A DNA stretch of 64,000 bases from Calcarisporiella thermophila CBS 279.70 (lineage: Eukaryota > Fungi > Calcarisporiellomycota). Positions within the stretch are counted from its first letter, which is position 1. Each line of letters starts with the position of its first letter. The DNA is taken from contig NW_027192197.1 of the NCBI RefSeq assembly GCF_041956535.1, forward strand, positions 259,829-323,828, written 5' to 3'. The notes under the pieces are model-generated. The model was not told the origin of the DNA, did no database searches, and saw only the letters and a program-made list of their open reading frames with translations. The position numbers and the translations under genes are program-made. Below, in pieces: positions 50,690 to 63,088 of this stretch.

Positions 50690-51986
50690 TACATTTCTCT
50701 TTTTCCATCCATTCTCTTTCGCTACCCAACCCATTGTATTTACTGCGATGCTTCATTCACCCTCATTTCTTGTTCTCGATACTTCTATTTCTCCACATTC
50801 CCTCATTATTTGCGATACATTTCTTTCACTTCACAATCATTTGCGATTGAAATGATACTCCTGTTTATACGGGGAGAATCCTCTGGTCTCTTTGGGACAT
50901 TTTACTCGATGTGCGCTTACAAATTTTTTGAGCTTCAATACCATAAGATCATTAATTAAAGATAGCCCCACGTCCTGAGATTAAGAGCCTGATTTCAGAT
51001 CTATTAGCATTTTTTTTTTCATATTCAGGTTTATTGGCGAAGAGAAACATTATTCATTTCGGGTCATCATGGCTGGTGGTTCGTGACTCATGATGCAAGT
51101 GATATATACAGCTAGCTTGGTTGAACCCCTTAGTGATCATGCTATGAGATCAAAAGTCAGAGAGTTAATTACCCAACACCCACCGCGGCTCCAATCTCTC
51201 GAAATTATTGCCATCCTTTTCGTTGGTGAATTAAAATGGTGTATTACCAGTCTCCCTATGTCTATTCATCAAAAAGGCTAGCTAACGGCTGACTTGTCAT
51301 CTCCAGCCCTCTTTCCAGGGTAGCGCTATAAGCGATATCAGGAGAATTTTATCATTTTTTTATCTTAATCCGTCCCGAACCATACACAAACTTTGCGAAG
51401 AGGAAGAATTTACTTGGAGATGGCTAGTCTTTTTTTTTCAAAAATCTGCATCAGCCGAAGTGAGTTATCGCAATTCCGTAATATTTAAGGAAAGGATTTC
51501 AACCGAGAAATGAGTGGAGAATAAACTCCTCATCTGCAAATTAGGATATGGTTAATTTGCATAGAGTTTGCGTATTGGGTCACGCATCGAATCTATCGCC
51601 AAAGCAGGTGATGCTTGCCATGATTTGCCCGAGGTGCTCTTTGACGATTCCTGGCCAATATTATTAAAACAAGGGTGTAATTGATTTCCGTCAAGCTTCA
51701 CCATTAAATACCCTTATCCTTATTTTCACGCCTCCCATTCGTATGGGTCGAGAACTCGCTGTAGCTAATTTTATTTTTGCCGTATATTGTTACTAGCCCT
51801 GCTCTTTTCACAATATCTCAATATGGTGGACGCATTTGGATCGAAAGACTGCATATACAAAACTAAGGGAATTCGTACATGACAAATTGTAAAATTCTTT
51901 ATTATCCATTAGCATTAGTAACATCTAAAGATAGTTGTATATATTTCTTGACTTGACGTGGGTTTGGGTGATGCTCCCCTCTCCCC

Positions 51987-52262
51987 TTAGTTTTCAGGAG
52001 CTGTAAATAGTCCGGGGGGATGAATCCTGGGATCAATCTTATCTCCTGCACAAATGCAATGGCAGAACATAAAATGACAATGGGTGAAAGGACCAACTGC
52101 TTTTCCGTGATTTGCACAAGGACGAGTGCACGGAGGGTGACAACCCTTGCCCGTCATACATATCTTCGGTACTAGTATATTACCGAAAAAATATGGCGTG
52201 AGTTGAGCCATGGACAGATTCATAAAGGCAAGTAGGATCATTAATCTAAATAAGGACTCCAT
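51987..52262 (-). CDS. Small secreted cysteine-rich (8 Cys) defensin-like peptide
   Basis: 91 aa. Signal peptide MESLFRLMILLAFMNLSMA. Spacing C-x5-C-x3-C-x3-C-x12-C-x4-C-x-C-x-C. TATAAA at 52332-52327. Confidence 0.7.
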   Translation of the reverse strand: MESLFRLMILLAFMNLSMAQLTPYFFGNILVPKICMTGKGCHPPCTRPCANHGKAVGPFTHCHFMFCHCICAGDKIDPRIHPPGLFTAPEN

Positions 52263-53310
52263 TTGATAAAGAATAAAAAGATGGAATATAATCAACAGCA
52301 AACACAAAATAACCCCCACACCGTTCTTTATAATAATTGAACGTTTGAAAGTTTTGAATCTTGGACCGGGACGTAAGCTGTGCTTGCCCCTTGACGTACA
52401 GACCCTAGACTCGGATTTTTTTTTTCATTTTTCATTCCTATTTCTTCCACAGGATATAAAAGATTTTGAAAGATTATTGCGGTTCTGGGCATTGTATCCC
52501 AGGTATTGTTACTGAAACTCAATCTTGTGTGTAAAAGTGAAAAAAAGGGTAATTTAATTTAGAAGGGGATAAAAGATGAGTTGTGTATATTTCTTTACTT
52601 ATGTGTACGCCACGGCTTGATTATCATTGTAGCTGGCATAGCTCATACTCGACCGTTTGAAGAAATGGTTCTGGTGCATAATAATATACCCCTGGAAGAG
52701 TAAAATGCATTGTTGATAGGTGCAAGAGAGGAAGCAAACAACGCCTTACACTTACCACCCCGAATCTCTCTCCCAGCTTAGCAATACTTCCTCAACCACC
52801 GATTTGCTAAACGTTTTTCCCAGCTTCCTCTGTTTCCTTTCAAGCTTCATCTGCAGTTTATAAATTTCTAATTTTTTTCTTTTCGAGTTCATACCTCATG
52901 TCAATTTCTCGTCTACGTAAACGTAGTGAATCCATAAAAGCCTTTGTGTAGGTGAGCAAGTTGGTAGTTTCACTGCGCCCTATACACCCACCCTTGGAAA
53001 TTTATACCGGATAAGTAATGGGGCTTTGCTTGGAAGCGTTTTCCATATTGGGCACTCTATGAAGGAGATCACCATTGAAAATCAAGATTTGGCAAGGGAA
53101 TCCTAGTCGACAAGATGGGAAAATTAGAGAGAATACCAAAGTTTGGAGGGGGTGTGGGGGAAATCGCAAGAGAGAGGGATAGGCGATATACCAGTAAGAC
53201 GATAAAATACTTAAGATAATTTAACCATCAACAAGATGAGAGTGAATTAAACAGGAGAAAAAAATACATTGAACAATAGAATATGGACGCGCTGGAAGCG
53301 ATTAGTTTTC

Positions 53311-54252
53311 TTATTTTCGTAGGTCCCTTGTGCCCGAGTCCAGAGCACCCCTTGCTGGAGCCTGTTCCCCCAGAGAAGTCTGGCAGAGTTGATGTCTTAG
53401 CAAGGTGATTTCTTGGGTGAGTGAATCTCGTGTCCGCCTCAGTTTATGAATGTAATCGATGGCTAAGAAGCAACGGGGAGTGAGTCCCGGAAGAGGAGGA
53501 AGTAAGACGTTGCTTGCGCAAGCCTACCTTCTTTCAACACTTCCCACTTAGTCGTCTTGGTGCCTTTGTCGATAGGCAAAATCTCCCGAAGATCATCAAA
53601 CATGTCCTTCATCTAAAACCAAAATAGGATTCAGTTACAGAAGCGTTTGCTTTAATGGATATAGGTTCATTATTACTTCTTTTCTCCTCCTTCTTTCCGC
53701 CAACTTGTGCGAAATCCTCAGCTCAGGGGACCGACTGTATGTTTTCTCGCCACCACCCCCTTCTCGACCCCTTGCCTCTTCAGATGGGGGGCTGCTCGGT
53801 GCCGAGAAAAAGTCTCGGTGCTCTGAGTATGAAATTGGTCCCGTTGCTAGCAATTGTCAACCAATTTAGCACTCACCACGGCAAGAAAAGGAATATGGAA
53901 GATGCATTAATTACTTCGCTTGAAAACCGATTCCACTGCAAAAGAGTGTCTCCTCCTATCTTCTCCTACAGTGACCCGATCCCTGTTCTCTGTGCCCCAG
54001 ATTGCAGTTCCATCTGCCGATCCTCGCCTCCTAGGCTCGAGGGGATGCAATTTCTGGCCTTTTCCGCCGTTAACTTAATTGCTTGACAGGAATTCACGAT
54101 GGCTACTGACTATAGCCAGATGTGAACTTACCAGCAGCAAATGGCGGCCGTAGGTGCGAAGTCTGCTTGAGGTCGAAGGTCGACAAGGAGAATGGGGGAT
54201 GGAGAGGAGGCGGTGGATATAGCGGCTGAGATGCTAATTGTCTCGCGTTCAT
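53311..54252 (-). CDS. bHLH transcription factor, S. pombe Esc1-like
   Basis: YSRSPELRISHKLAERRRRKE|MKDMFDDLREILPIDKGTKTTKWEVLKE-AIDYIHKL. An upstream exon carries RRGS and RRHS PKA-type sites. Five exons reconstructed in frame. Confidence 0.85.
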
Positions 54253-55901
54253 GACACTTCGCTACTCAATGTCGGGGAGGAAGGGAAAACAAGAGGGTTC
54301 AGAACAAGAAAGACGCGGGGGCGAGAAGCTAGTCAGAGGAATGAGGAAAAAAACAACCAGAAACAAAAAGAAAAAAAGGCCGCGTGCGCCATGCGAGAAA
54401 GAGGATTCTGCATCTGCACCGGACGCTATGATTAAGGGAAAAAAAAACTCTCAGAAATAAGCTTTGTGCGAGCACACAGATGATCGCGGGGATTGCTCCC
54501 CCTCCCGTGGTGGCCAGCATGCGATTAAGGTTTGCATATGCAAACCCCGCTGCGCCACGGTGGAGAATTGTCAAGAGCTATATCCAAATCCAACGGGATC
54601 AGCCTTTTCCTCAAGCCATGTATTACACTCTCGATGCGCGATCTTCGGTCTTTGCGCCTCCCCCCGGCTGCCTATGGGAAGTGGGCCGGAAGCCTTCTCC
54701 CAGCCATCCTTCGATCTTGACATGCATCTCTGAAAATCCTCGTGTGTCTCGTGTTCAGACGCCCTCCACGAGTTCCTCGGCCAAGGCGCGCAGGTGAAAA
54801 GAGCCGAGTGTGTCGGGCAGTTGCAAGGCACCCGAGCTCTCAAGCCAGAAAGCATCCTCACGGGAAAGGAAGCGGGCTAATCAAGGCACCCGCCTAGTTG
54901 CATGCTCAGTCCGGGTGATGGTTTGGAGGGTTTGCGTTAATTAAACCAGACAGGTCATGGCAGGCGGTAGGCTTCAAGCTGGTCAGGGCTGGAGGGGGCC
55001 TCCAAGCTCCGTGGATGGCCACCGAATGTCCTTGTCAATTTTGGCGTGGCTTGTTTTAGGCAAAAGCTCCACTCATTTAACTTGCAGAGGGCATTGCAAG
55101 TCAAAGGGGCTGAATTCGATCTGTCAGAGATATCGGTGTCATGCCCTGCGCTTGCAGCCGTGTCCCAGTCTCAGTCGATACCAGAGCCATTGGCTTAAGG
55201 GCTCGAGCAGAACGTGCTCGCCTCTCAAGAACCTTAAAAGCTTCGCACGCACAGAGTTGGATGGCCAAATGAGCTGTGCATTAATGTGTAGGGAATCCCT
55301 GGATTTAAATGTAATCTAAATAATTGCCTAAAGCTGGTTCTATCACAGCATAGGTTATATTGGGTTATCCACCCCACTTGCGGCCATACCGTGTCCGTTC
55401 TCCACGTCTCTAGATCGGATGTGCAACTCTAGCGTGCCCAACCTCCACCGGCTCCATTTTCTTTGTTCATCGAGGGGCGAATACACGCATATATGGCACG
55501 TAGTTCTAGCCTTATATCCCTTCTAGCCGCTTCTTCAGGTGTTGTTCTTGCCCTCCCGCCTTCATCGGCATGAGGCAGATTTAGACCATCCCATCCCACT
55601 GGCAATAAGCAGAGTTATTGTGCGGGGAACGTGCGCATATATGACTCTAGGTTAGTTTTGGGTGGTGGCGAAGAGATGAAGCTATTCAAACGGACGGATG
55701 CTAAGCCATGTTAGAAATAGGAAGAAAAAATATGCCCCGGGGCCGGATCCAGGGGCAGAGAGTTGATCCGTTGGCCGCAATGGCCCCAATCTTTCCGGCC
55801 AGATTGATGACAAATCAATCTCGTCTCAGAAATGTTGTTTATTGGCAAATTTAATTAAATAGCACAACCTTTTTGTATCCGTTTTCCCTACCCTATTCGG
55901 C

Positions 55902-57124
55902 ATGACGATCTTCCCTAGACCCACCTTCAACAAAGATTACATCAAGCTTCCCCCTGGAACGGCAGTCGATGGCGCCAAGTCCTCGGCCCATCTCTTCCGA
56001 CCCCTCCAGATCCGAGGATGTCATTTCAAGAACAGGTTGGTTAGCGAATTGCGAAATTGTGGATGCTCTACGCTAACACACACTCTCTTTATAGAATTGT
56101 AGTTAGTCCAATGTGCATGTATAGTGCTAATGACGGTGTCCCTAATGACTTCCACCTTGTCCACCTTGGAGGTTTCGCCCTCCGTGGAGCTGCCCTGGTG
56201 ATTGCAGAGGCAACCGCAGTGCTTCCAGAAGGGCGAATCTCTCCCGATGACACGGGTCTCTGGAACGATGAACAGGCTCATGCATTCAAGCGAATCACCG
56301 ACTTCATCCATTCGCAGGGGGCATTGGCTGGGATCCAGCTTGCCCATGCCGGCCGTAAAGCTTCCATGAATTCGCCCTGGAAGGGATACGAATTAGCGGT
56401 GGAGGAAGAGGGCGGATGGCCAAACGGGGTAAAAGGCCCTGATGGAGAGCGATGGGACCACAGACATGCCGTCCCCTCCGCAATGTCCATTGACGACATT
56501 CACAACGTGATTGACGCCTACGTTGCCGCGGCCCGCCGCGCTGTCAATGCGGGCTTCGATGTGATTGAAATTCACGGAGCTCACGGCTATTTAATCCACG
56601 AATTCTATTCCGGCAACTCCAATTCCCGCACTGACAAATATGGCGGCTCGCTCGATAACCGCCTTCGCCTTGCGCTCGAGATTGCAAGAGCGGTGCGGGC
56701 GGTGGTTCCGGAAGACAAGGCGCTCTTTTTCCGCCTGAGTGCCTCCGATTGGACCGATGAGAATGTCAATGGCGGGTGGGACGTCGCTCAGAGTGTGGAG
56801 CTCTCTCGGCGCTTGAAGGAGGCTGGGGTGGACCTGATAGATGTGTCGAGCGCGGGGAACGTGGCCCGCCAGGCAATCCAGGCTACTCCGGGTTATCAGG
56901 TCCCGTTTGCGGAGGAGATCCGCCGGGAGGCTGACGTCTTGGTGTCGGCGGTAGGGCTGATCACCGAGCCAAGCCAGGCGGAGGAGATTGTCGCTTCGGG
57001 TAAAGCCGATCTGGTTCAGTTGGCTCGCGAATTCCTGCGCGATGCTTCGTGGGTCTTGAGGGCGGCTCGCGACCTAGGGGTCGATGTGAAATGGCCAAAC
57101 CAATATGACCGCGCCAAATTCTAG
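55902..57124 (+). CDS. NADH:flavin oxidoreductase / old yellow enzyme, YqjM/NamA-like subclass
   Basis: LFRPLQIRG..KNR|IVVSPMCMYSA, IQLAHAGRKAS, EIHGAHGYLIHEF, RTDKYGGSLDNR, C-terminal PNQYDRA. One intron at about 56035-56094. Confidence 0.94.
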
Positions 57125-57577
57125 AGACCTTTCACCTTGGTTCATGTACTGTACGCTTTCCGATGTTGCATATATGTTTTTAGACCCGCTGGATCCTTTC
57201 TCCTAGATAAATTAATTTTAAAGCTCAGCGACAGCTCTGGCAATTTTGCCTCCCTCTTATAAATGCGTATTATGGAATGATTGCCATTTTTTTCTTTCGG
57301 TTTGCCGGCATTAAGTTCGATGAATCCAAATACCGCTCGTATTATTAAATCCAAAAGCACTGGGGCCAATCGCGACGCGCAATTTTCGTGTTAGACTTTT
57401 AGGGTTTTTTTCCACTATGAAATTTCAAATGCAAAGTCACAATAACGCGAAAATTTTTCGCGTTTCTCTAGTCTCCCATATAAACCCGACCCATTGCTTC
57501 ACTATATCCTATTCCCTTTCTCTCTCTAACTACTTACTTCCAAGCTACTTTCTTCACCGTCTCTATACTCAACCGCA

Positions 57578-57945
57578 ATGCCTCCCAAAGAAAGCAAGGT
57601 CACTAAGAAATCAGCGGGTACGTATTGTATTGGTATCTCGCCCTCTATCAACGGTGGAGGGGGGAGGGACGGGCAATTTTGAACTTAACCCCGGCCTCCT
57701 CTTCTTAGGCTCTGGCGCCGGCAAAAAGCTTTCGCCGTACAACAAGTTCATGAAGACCGAGCTCGCCAAAGTGAAGTCAGAAAAACCCGACCTCAACCAC
57801 AAGGTATGTTCTGCCACCGCCGTGCTTTATTTCTGTTTGCAATAGGGTGGATCCTAACCTAGTTTTCTGGGGATTGCAGGAGGCTTTCAAGATTGCTGCT
57901 TCTCGATGGAAGGATTCGCCGGAGAATCCCAAAAACAAAAAGTAG
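57578..57945 (+). CDS. Small stand-alone YABBY/HMG-box-like basic protein (about 66 aa)
   Basis: Three exons: MPPKESKVTKKSA-GSGAGKKLSPYNKFMKTELAKVKSEKPDLNHK|EAFKIAASRWKDSPENPKNKK*. Confidence 0.85.
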
Positions 57946-58495
57946 ACCCCAATCCCACTGTGCTATTTTCGCTTTCTTGTCTGTGTGTGTCTTTTACCTA
58001 AGCTCTTTTGCACCATGTTTTTTATCCATGCTATTGTCTAGTATGTTGGTTGGAGTTCTTTTATCTTCTGTACAGTAATATTTTGCTTTATGTGTTTAAT
58101 GTTAGTTTTGTTTTTTTCCCTCTCTCTGAACATCGACGGTCCGTGTTTGAACCAAAGGCCGAAGCAGACCATGCCTCCCCCTCCCCCAACTTGGGCCCGA
58201 CTTTCGAGGAAAGAGCCGAGGGAGGAGGAGGAGGGGGTTTCGGCCGTTTCGGATGAAAGATCTCGGCTGGAGCCGGTACCTCAAACGAGGTGGGAATAAA
58301 AAATAAAATTCCATTGTTACGGAAGTGCTAGCACAGAAAGTGGGGGTGATAAATGCATTTACATGTGGGGCTAAAAAGGCAATGGTAGTCAACGAATTAG
58401 AAAAAGGCGACGATGAATTAAACGGGAATGAAAAACAAAGGATCATATAAATTAAGACAAGCGAACAATAAATAGGGTAGGGAATGGCTTTGCCT

Positions 58496-61400
58496 CTATA
58501 ATGGCGAGTGCATTCCCAGCTTCGTGTTGAAAATCAGCTTGCTCCGCTTTTGGAACCGAATCCACTCCTTGCGATCATGCATTTTGACAAAGTGCTGCAC
58601 TGGGAGGAACACGAGCGGCCACAAGAACGCCAGGACATAGATATACCACGACAGCCCCGCAAACGAAAACGGTAGCCCCTGAAGAGACACCGCGCAGAAC
58701 ACAAATTGCAAGCACAAACAAGTGACGTTGGCTACAATCCACGCGCGATTACGATAGGGGGGGAATTCCCACAGCGGGAGCGTGCGATTCAGGAACGTGC
58801 CCGAGAGGCACACCGAGTACCACACGATCACAACAAGTGCGCAGTTTTGGCTGAACAGAACCGCGAGCTGCTCTTGTTCGCCCCAGTGCAACCAACTTGT
58901 CCAGCCGATATCGCCAAAGATGGACAGCCTGTAGGGCGGGCCAATCTCGGAGAGGACCAGGCCGTACACCACCACACTCATGGCCATGGCCGGGACGAAG
59001 CGCAGCGCCCAGTAGGTGACGAAGCGCCAGCGATCCTTAAGGTGCTCATCGTTTTTGTTTGGCATTTGCGACATAATGTCGGCCTCGTGGGGCGTGAACA
59101 GGAAGGAGCAGCCAAGTAGCGGCAGAATCACAAACATATACCACAACATCTGGTAGCCGGTCAGTAGGGGCGGGAAAAGGAGGCAGTCTGCAACCAGGTA
59201 GACTGCCGAGAGGGAGAAGGAGGCGCCAACCAGAAAGATAAATGCTTGGCGCAGATTGGTGAGGAGACGCCGGGCTTCGCGGATGATCTGCGAGAGCGCA
59301 AATACGCTCGTCTCGTATTGCATGAAGAGCCCGCAGGGGAGGCCGACCAGCGCCGCCCCGAGCACGAGGGGTGGTTGGATTCCATCGAGACGAAGCCTGC
59401 CTTTCGACACGGCGCGAGTCCGTGCGGGCTCCACGGCAACGCTGACGTCCGCCATTGCGAACGACGGCGTATTGGCGGCATTGAGCGCACTCCCGATGCA
59501 GCACACTACCTCCCCATACTCCTGGAACACACGAATCATCTCCTGGGTGGCCTCCGGTGTACACTCGGCGAAGAGCGACACATGGAGTGGAATATCGTCC
59601 ACCTCCTCCAGGTGGGGGCGGATATTCTCGATGCCACGGGGGAGTTTCGCTTTGATATCATGCTCCTGTAGGTAGCCGCTTCCACATTCTTCGTCGTTGG
59701 CAGAGGAGAGCAGTATGCAGCTGTTCCAGTCGGTTTCGAGGCCCAGGCGTTCGGCGTATGCCTTGCTCTCACGCTCCGCCGTTCGCGAGAAATAGACAAA
59801 CCGGATTCCGGCCATGCGTAAATCCTCGATAAAGTCGCACACGTCCGTCTTGGGCTCATGGGCTAGGGATGCCAGACCCAAAAACACCTGATTGCGGATG
59901 ACATTTCGATAGAAGTCCTGCTGGCTCATCTCGGAATCGCTTGAGACATCGTTCTCATTATCGCCTTCAACCCACCACGGGGGATGACGCGGGCGGGTGC
60001 GGGGGATCAACTTCTGGCTAGTGTAGGCGAGAGAGGCATCCGTTTCATCGGTGCCACCATTGGAATCGTTCGATACTAATTTGGGGTCACTCGGGGATGG
60101 CTCTACGTTGGTTAAATCTTCAATCGCGTCCCCGGTGGGCGGCGGCGCATATGGCATTACAACGAATGCAAACCCTCCATCCTCGGTGCGATCCAAAAAT
60201 GGGATGCGCGATTTGTTGGAGCTGATGGGGCGGTAGGAGTACGCGACAATCTGGAGATCGTTGACGACGGCATTCTGGTAAAAATCGTAGATCTTTTTCT
60301 CCACCTATCCGAGACATATTAATTAATCAAGAGTGTTCTAAAAGCGCTTCTCAATGCAAGGTGGTGAGGTCGATTACCGTTGCAGACAGCTGCTTCACTC
60401 CGGCTCCATCCCAATAGTCTGTGCAAAAATCCAGGATAATTTCCAGATGTCCATCTGAGAGAAGATGGTAGCCGTGGGCCCCAGGCTCCTCAAAGATAGA
60501 CGACAGCATGCTAGGGATCTCGTAGTGGTAGAAGGGGATGCGATATTGGAGAGAATCGTGGTATGGAGCGAAAGTGTAGATCTCTTTTCGGCGTTTGAAC
60601 GAAGACAATGCTCGATCAACAAAGCCAATTGCCCGACCGATGCTGCATAGACAAGCTGTAAAGAGAATGATAAACAATCGTCAATTCTTTTTGGATAGGA
60701 GGGCATGTGGTCTGGTCTGACCTTGTCTTGCAGGTTTGGTTCGGCCGTGGACATGCAGCCCAGACTGGCGTTTATGGTGTTCAGTACGCCGTCGTCCATG
60801 CGTCACTCCACAGCTCGTATTCAATAGCAAATTGAGTCCAATCGGCTTCAGGGAGCTATACAAATATTCCATCAATATTGATATAAGGAAAATGTCAGGA
60901 ATAAACAAAATAAAACAAACGGTAAATGTTGATTCCAGTCTTCATCTTCGAAGCGGATTCCAGGTGGCTGTCGGGCATCTTCAACGATATCCAAGGCTGT
61001 AATGTCCTCTTGCCCGTCAAGAAATAATAGCTGCTCAACGCTCGGAAAAGGCTATATTAAAAGATCAGAACGAGCCGTGTGAAGAGGGTGATTTGAGATT
61101 GGACCTACGTTTGAAATGGTTCCCTCTCTGTCGATACAACATATCACGGTGACGGTAGCCAAGGACTCGAAGAGATTCGTCGAGCGGGTCAACGAGACGT
61201 GATCCCATTTGGTCAATAGCGACCACACCTTTCGCAATACGGCCCCTGCAAAGAAAATGGGCTCCGAGTTAGCAAAACGAGCACACGGTTAAAAATAACG
61301 GCGTGCATCCTGACATACCTAAAGTTAACTCCACATTTTTAGTAGGTGGAGGAGCCTCATTATCAAACTCGTCCACGTCTTCATCTTCTTCGTATGCCGT

Positions 61401-63088
61401 TTTGGACGCCTCCAGTGCATCAAATAGAACCAATACCACGGCATTCCCTGCACTGCGTGCGACCATCCAAAGGGTGGGTAAGGAAAGCGGAAGCAGAGGC
61501 AATATTGTAAGCACTGGAAGTAGAGCTAGCAGGTCAAAGGCCTGGTGGGGATCGTGATGCTTCGGGTAATCATTAAGCAGAAATCGCAGCAAGCCAACAA
61601 GAACCGCAATGGCGAGAGCAATCCATATGAGCTTGCCGTATACCAAGTCTTGCATCACCTTGGCTGAATTCTGCACAACGGAGGCTGGGCGCGTGAGAGT
61701 AATGGCTGCACGGAGGCATTTTTCGATTGGTGTTTCAAGCACAAGAAATCGGAAGCGGCCCCGACTGTGAACATACTCTTCCATGATCCAGCGGGGGGGT
61801 GGGTCTCCAAAAAGAGTGGTGCGAAAGGGCTGCTGAGCTTCAAGGATATAGGGTTTATCCTGTTCATCCTCGTCGATATCTACGGTCGGAATAAACTGCA
61901 TACGACAGGGCGCATGGTCACCATAGTGCAGTTCAACCGTGTCTCCCTCCACCAATAGGGTGGTGGGCAAGACGCGGCACAGTCCATCCCGAATCACTTT
62001 GGCCGAGCTGACTGAGGAGACGATCGGAATGCGGATATCCTGACATACCATGGGCTTGTTGCTTAATACAAAAGATCCTTCCGCAGGAAAACGGAATAGA
62101 TTGGTTTACCTGCACGGCGTCTACTCCACTTATTTTCAAACTCTTTATTATGCTCTGGGCTCGGTCGGTAATTTCCCTTGATCCCAGACGCATTTCACGC
62201 TGGTAGAGGTAGCCGTTCCATATAAAAACCAGGAGTATTAGTAGGGATTCGACAAGAGCACCGGTTAGCCTTAGTTGATATGGTGAGCTATTCAAATAGC
62301 CGAAGATATAATATGCAAGCAAAATGAAAATGATGGCAAGGTTGAGAAGCGAAACCGGATGCATCACATAGGCAAGCAGATGAATGTTTTGAGATGAATG
62401 TTTACGTTCTTCATCGATGAGCGCCTGTGCTGCCTCAACCAGTTTTCTATAAAAGAGTATGCGCAGAAGTTACCATGAGAGCTATCTGAGGTAATCTGTA
62501 TTTGAATAGCACGTACTGTAAGGCTTCTTCGCTCGATAATCCCCTTGTTCCATGATGGCTAGAATCTGAGCTAGAATCGTCGTGCTCATCTTCTCCCTCC
62601 GAATGACCAGAAGAATCATCGGAGGAAGTGGAGGAGGAGGAAGAGGAGGAGGAAGAAGAAGAGGCGGCAGCAAGTTCTCTTCCCCAAGCAGGTAGCAGCT
62701 CTTCTACAGGTTCTCCTCCGGTATAACATTTAACATTTGCTTCGCCCCCCTCAATCTCAATTAACGCGTAATCTTCACTCTCCAGCATAGTGGTCATTCG
62801 CATTACAGGTGAGTCTTCTATGCGCACTTGGAACTCACTATAGTCCGCCTCATCGGAATCAGAAGAATCAGAATCAAATTGCTTGCGCACTTTATCCGAG
62901 CTTTCGCTCAGAATACTTGCGGGGCGAACGGGTGGATTGGTAGGGGCGGCATTCTCTTCTGCTTGCACCTGTTCATCGGCGTGCTGGTCAGCAGTTACTT
63001 GAGCGGAGGTGGTGTCTGGTACCTCTCTGGATTGAGGATCGGCGGTTTGATTTGTACTGGAGTCGCCTGACTCATTTTCTCTGCCCAT
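58496..63088 (-). CDS. TMEM94: TMEM94 (KIAA0195 / ERMA) divergent P-type ATPase-like protein
   Basis: GLSSEEAL, LLVEGD, LLPLSLP, LATVTVICCIDREGTIS, AGIRFVYFS, GLETDWNSCILL, AKLPRGIENIRPHLEEVDDIPLHVSLF, EYGEVVCCIGS, C-terminal QKRSKLIFNTKLGMHSPL (recalled human: QKRQKLQFETKLGMNSPF). Confidence 0.92.
62621..62662. repeat. GGA/GAA trinucleotide tract encoding a poly-Ser run in the TMEM94 N-terminus
   Basis: ggaggaagtggaggaggaggaagaggaggaggaagaagaaga, translated on the minus strand as a Ser-rich run. Confidence 0.7.
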
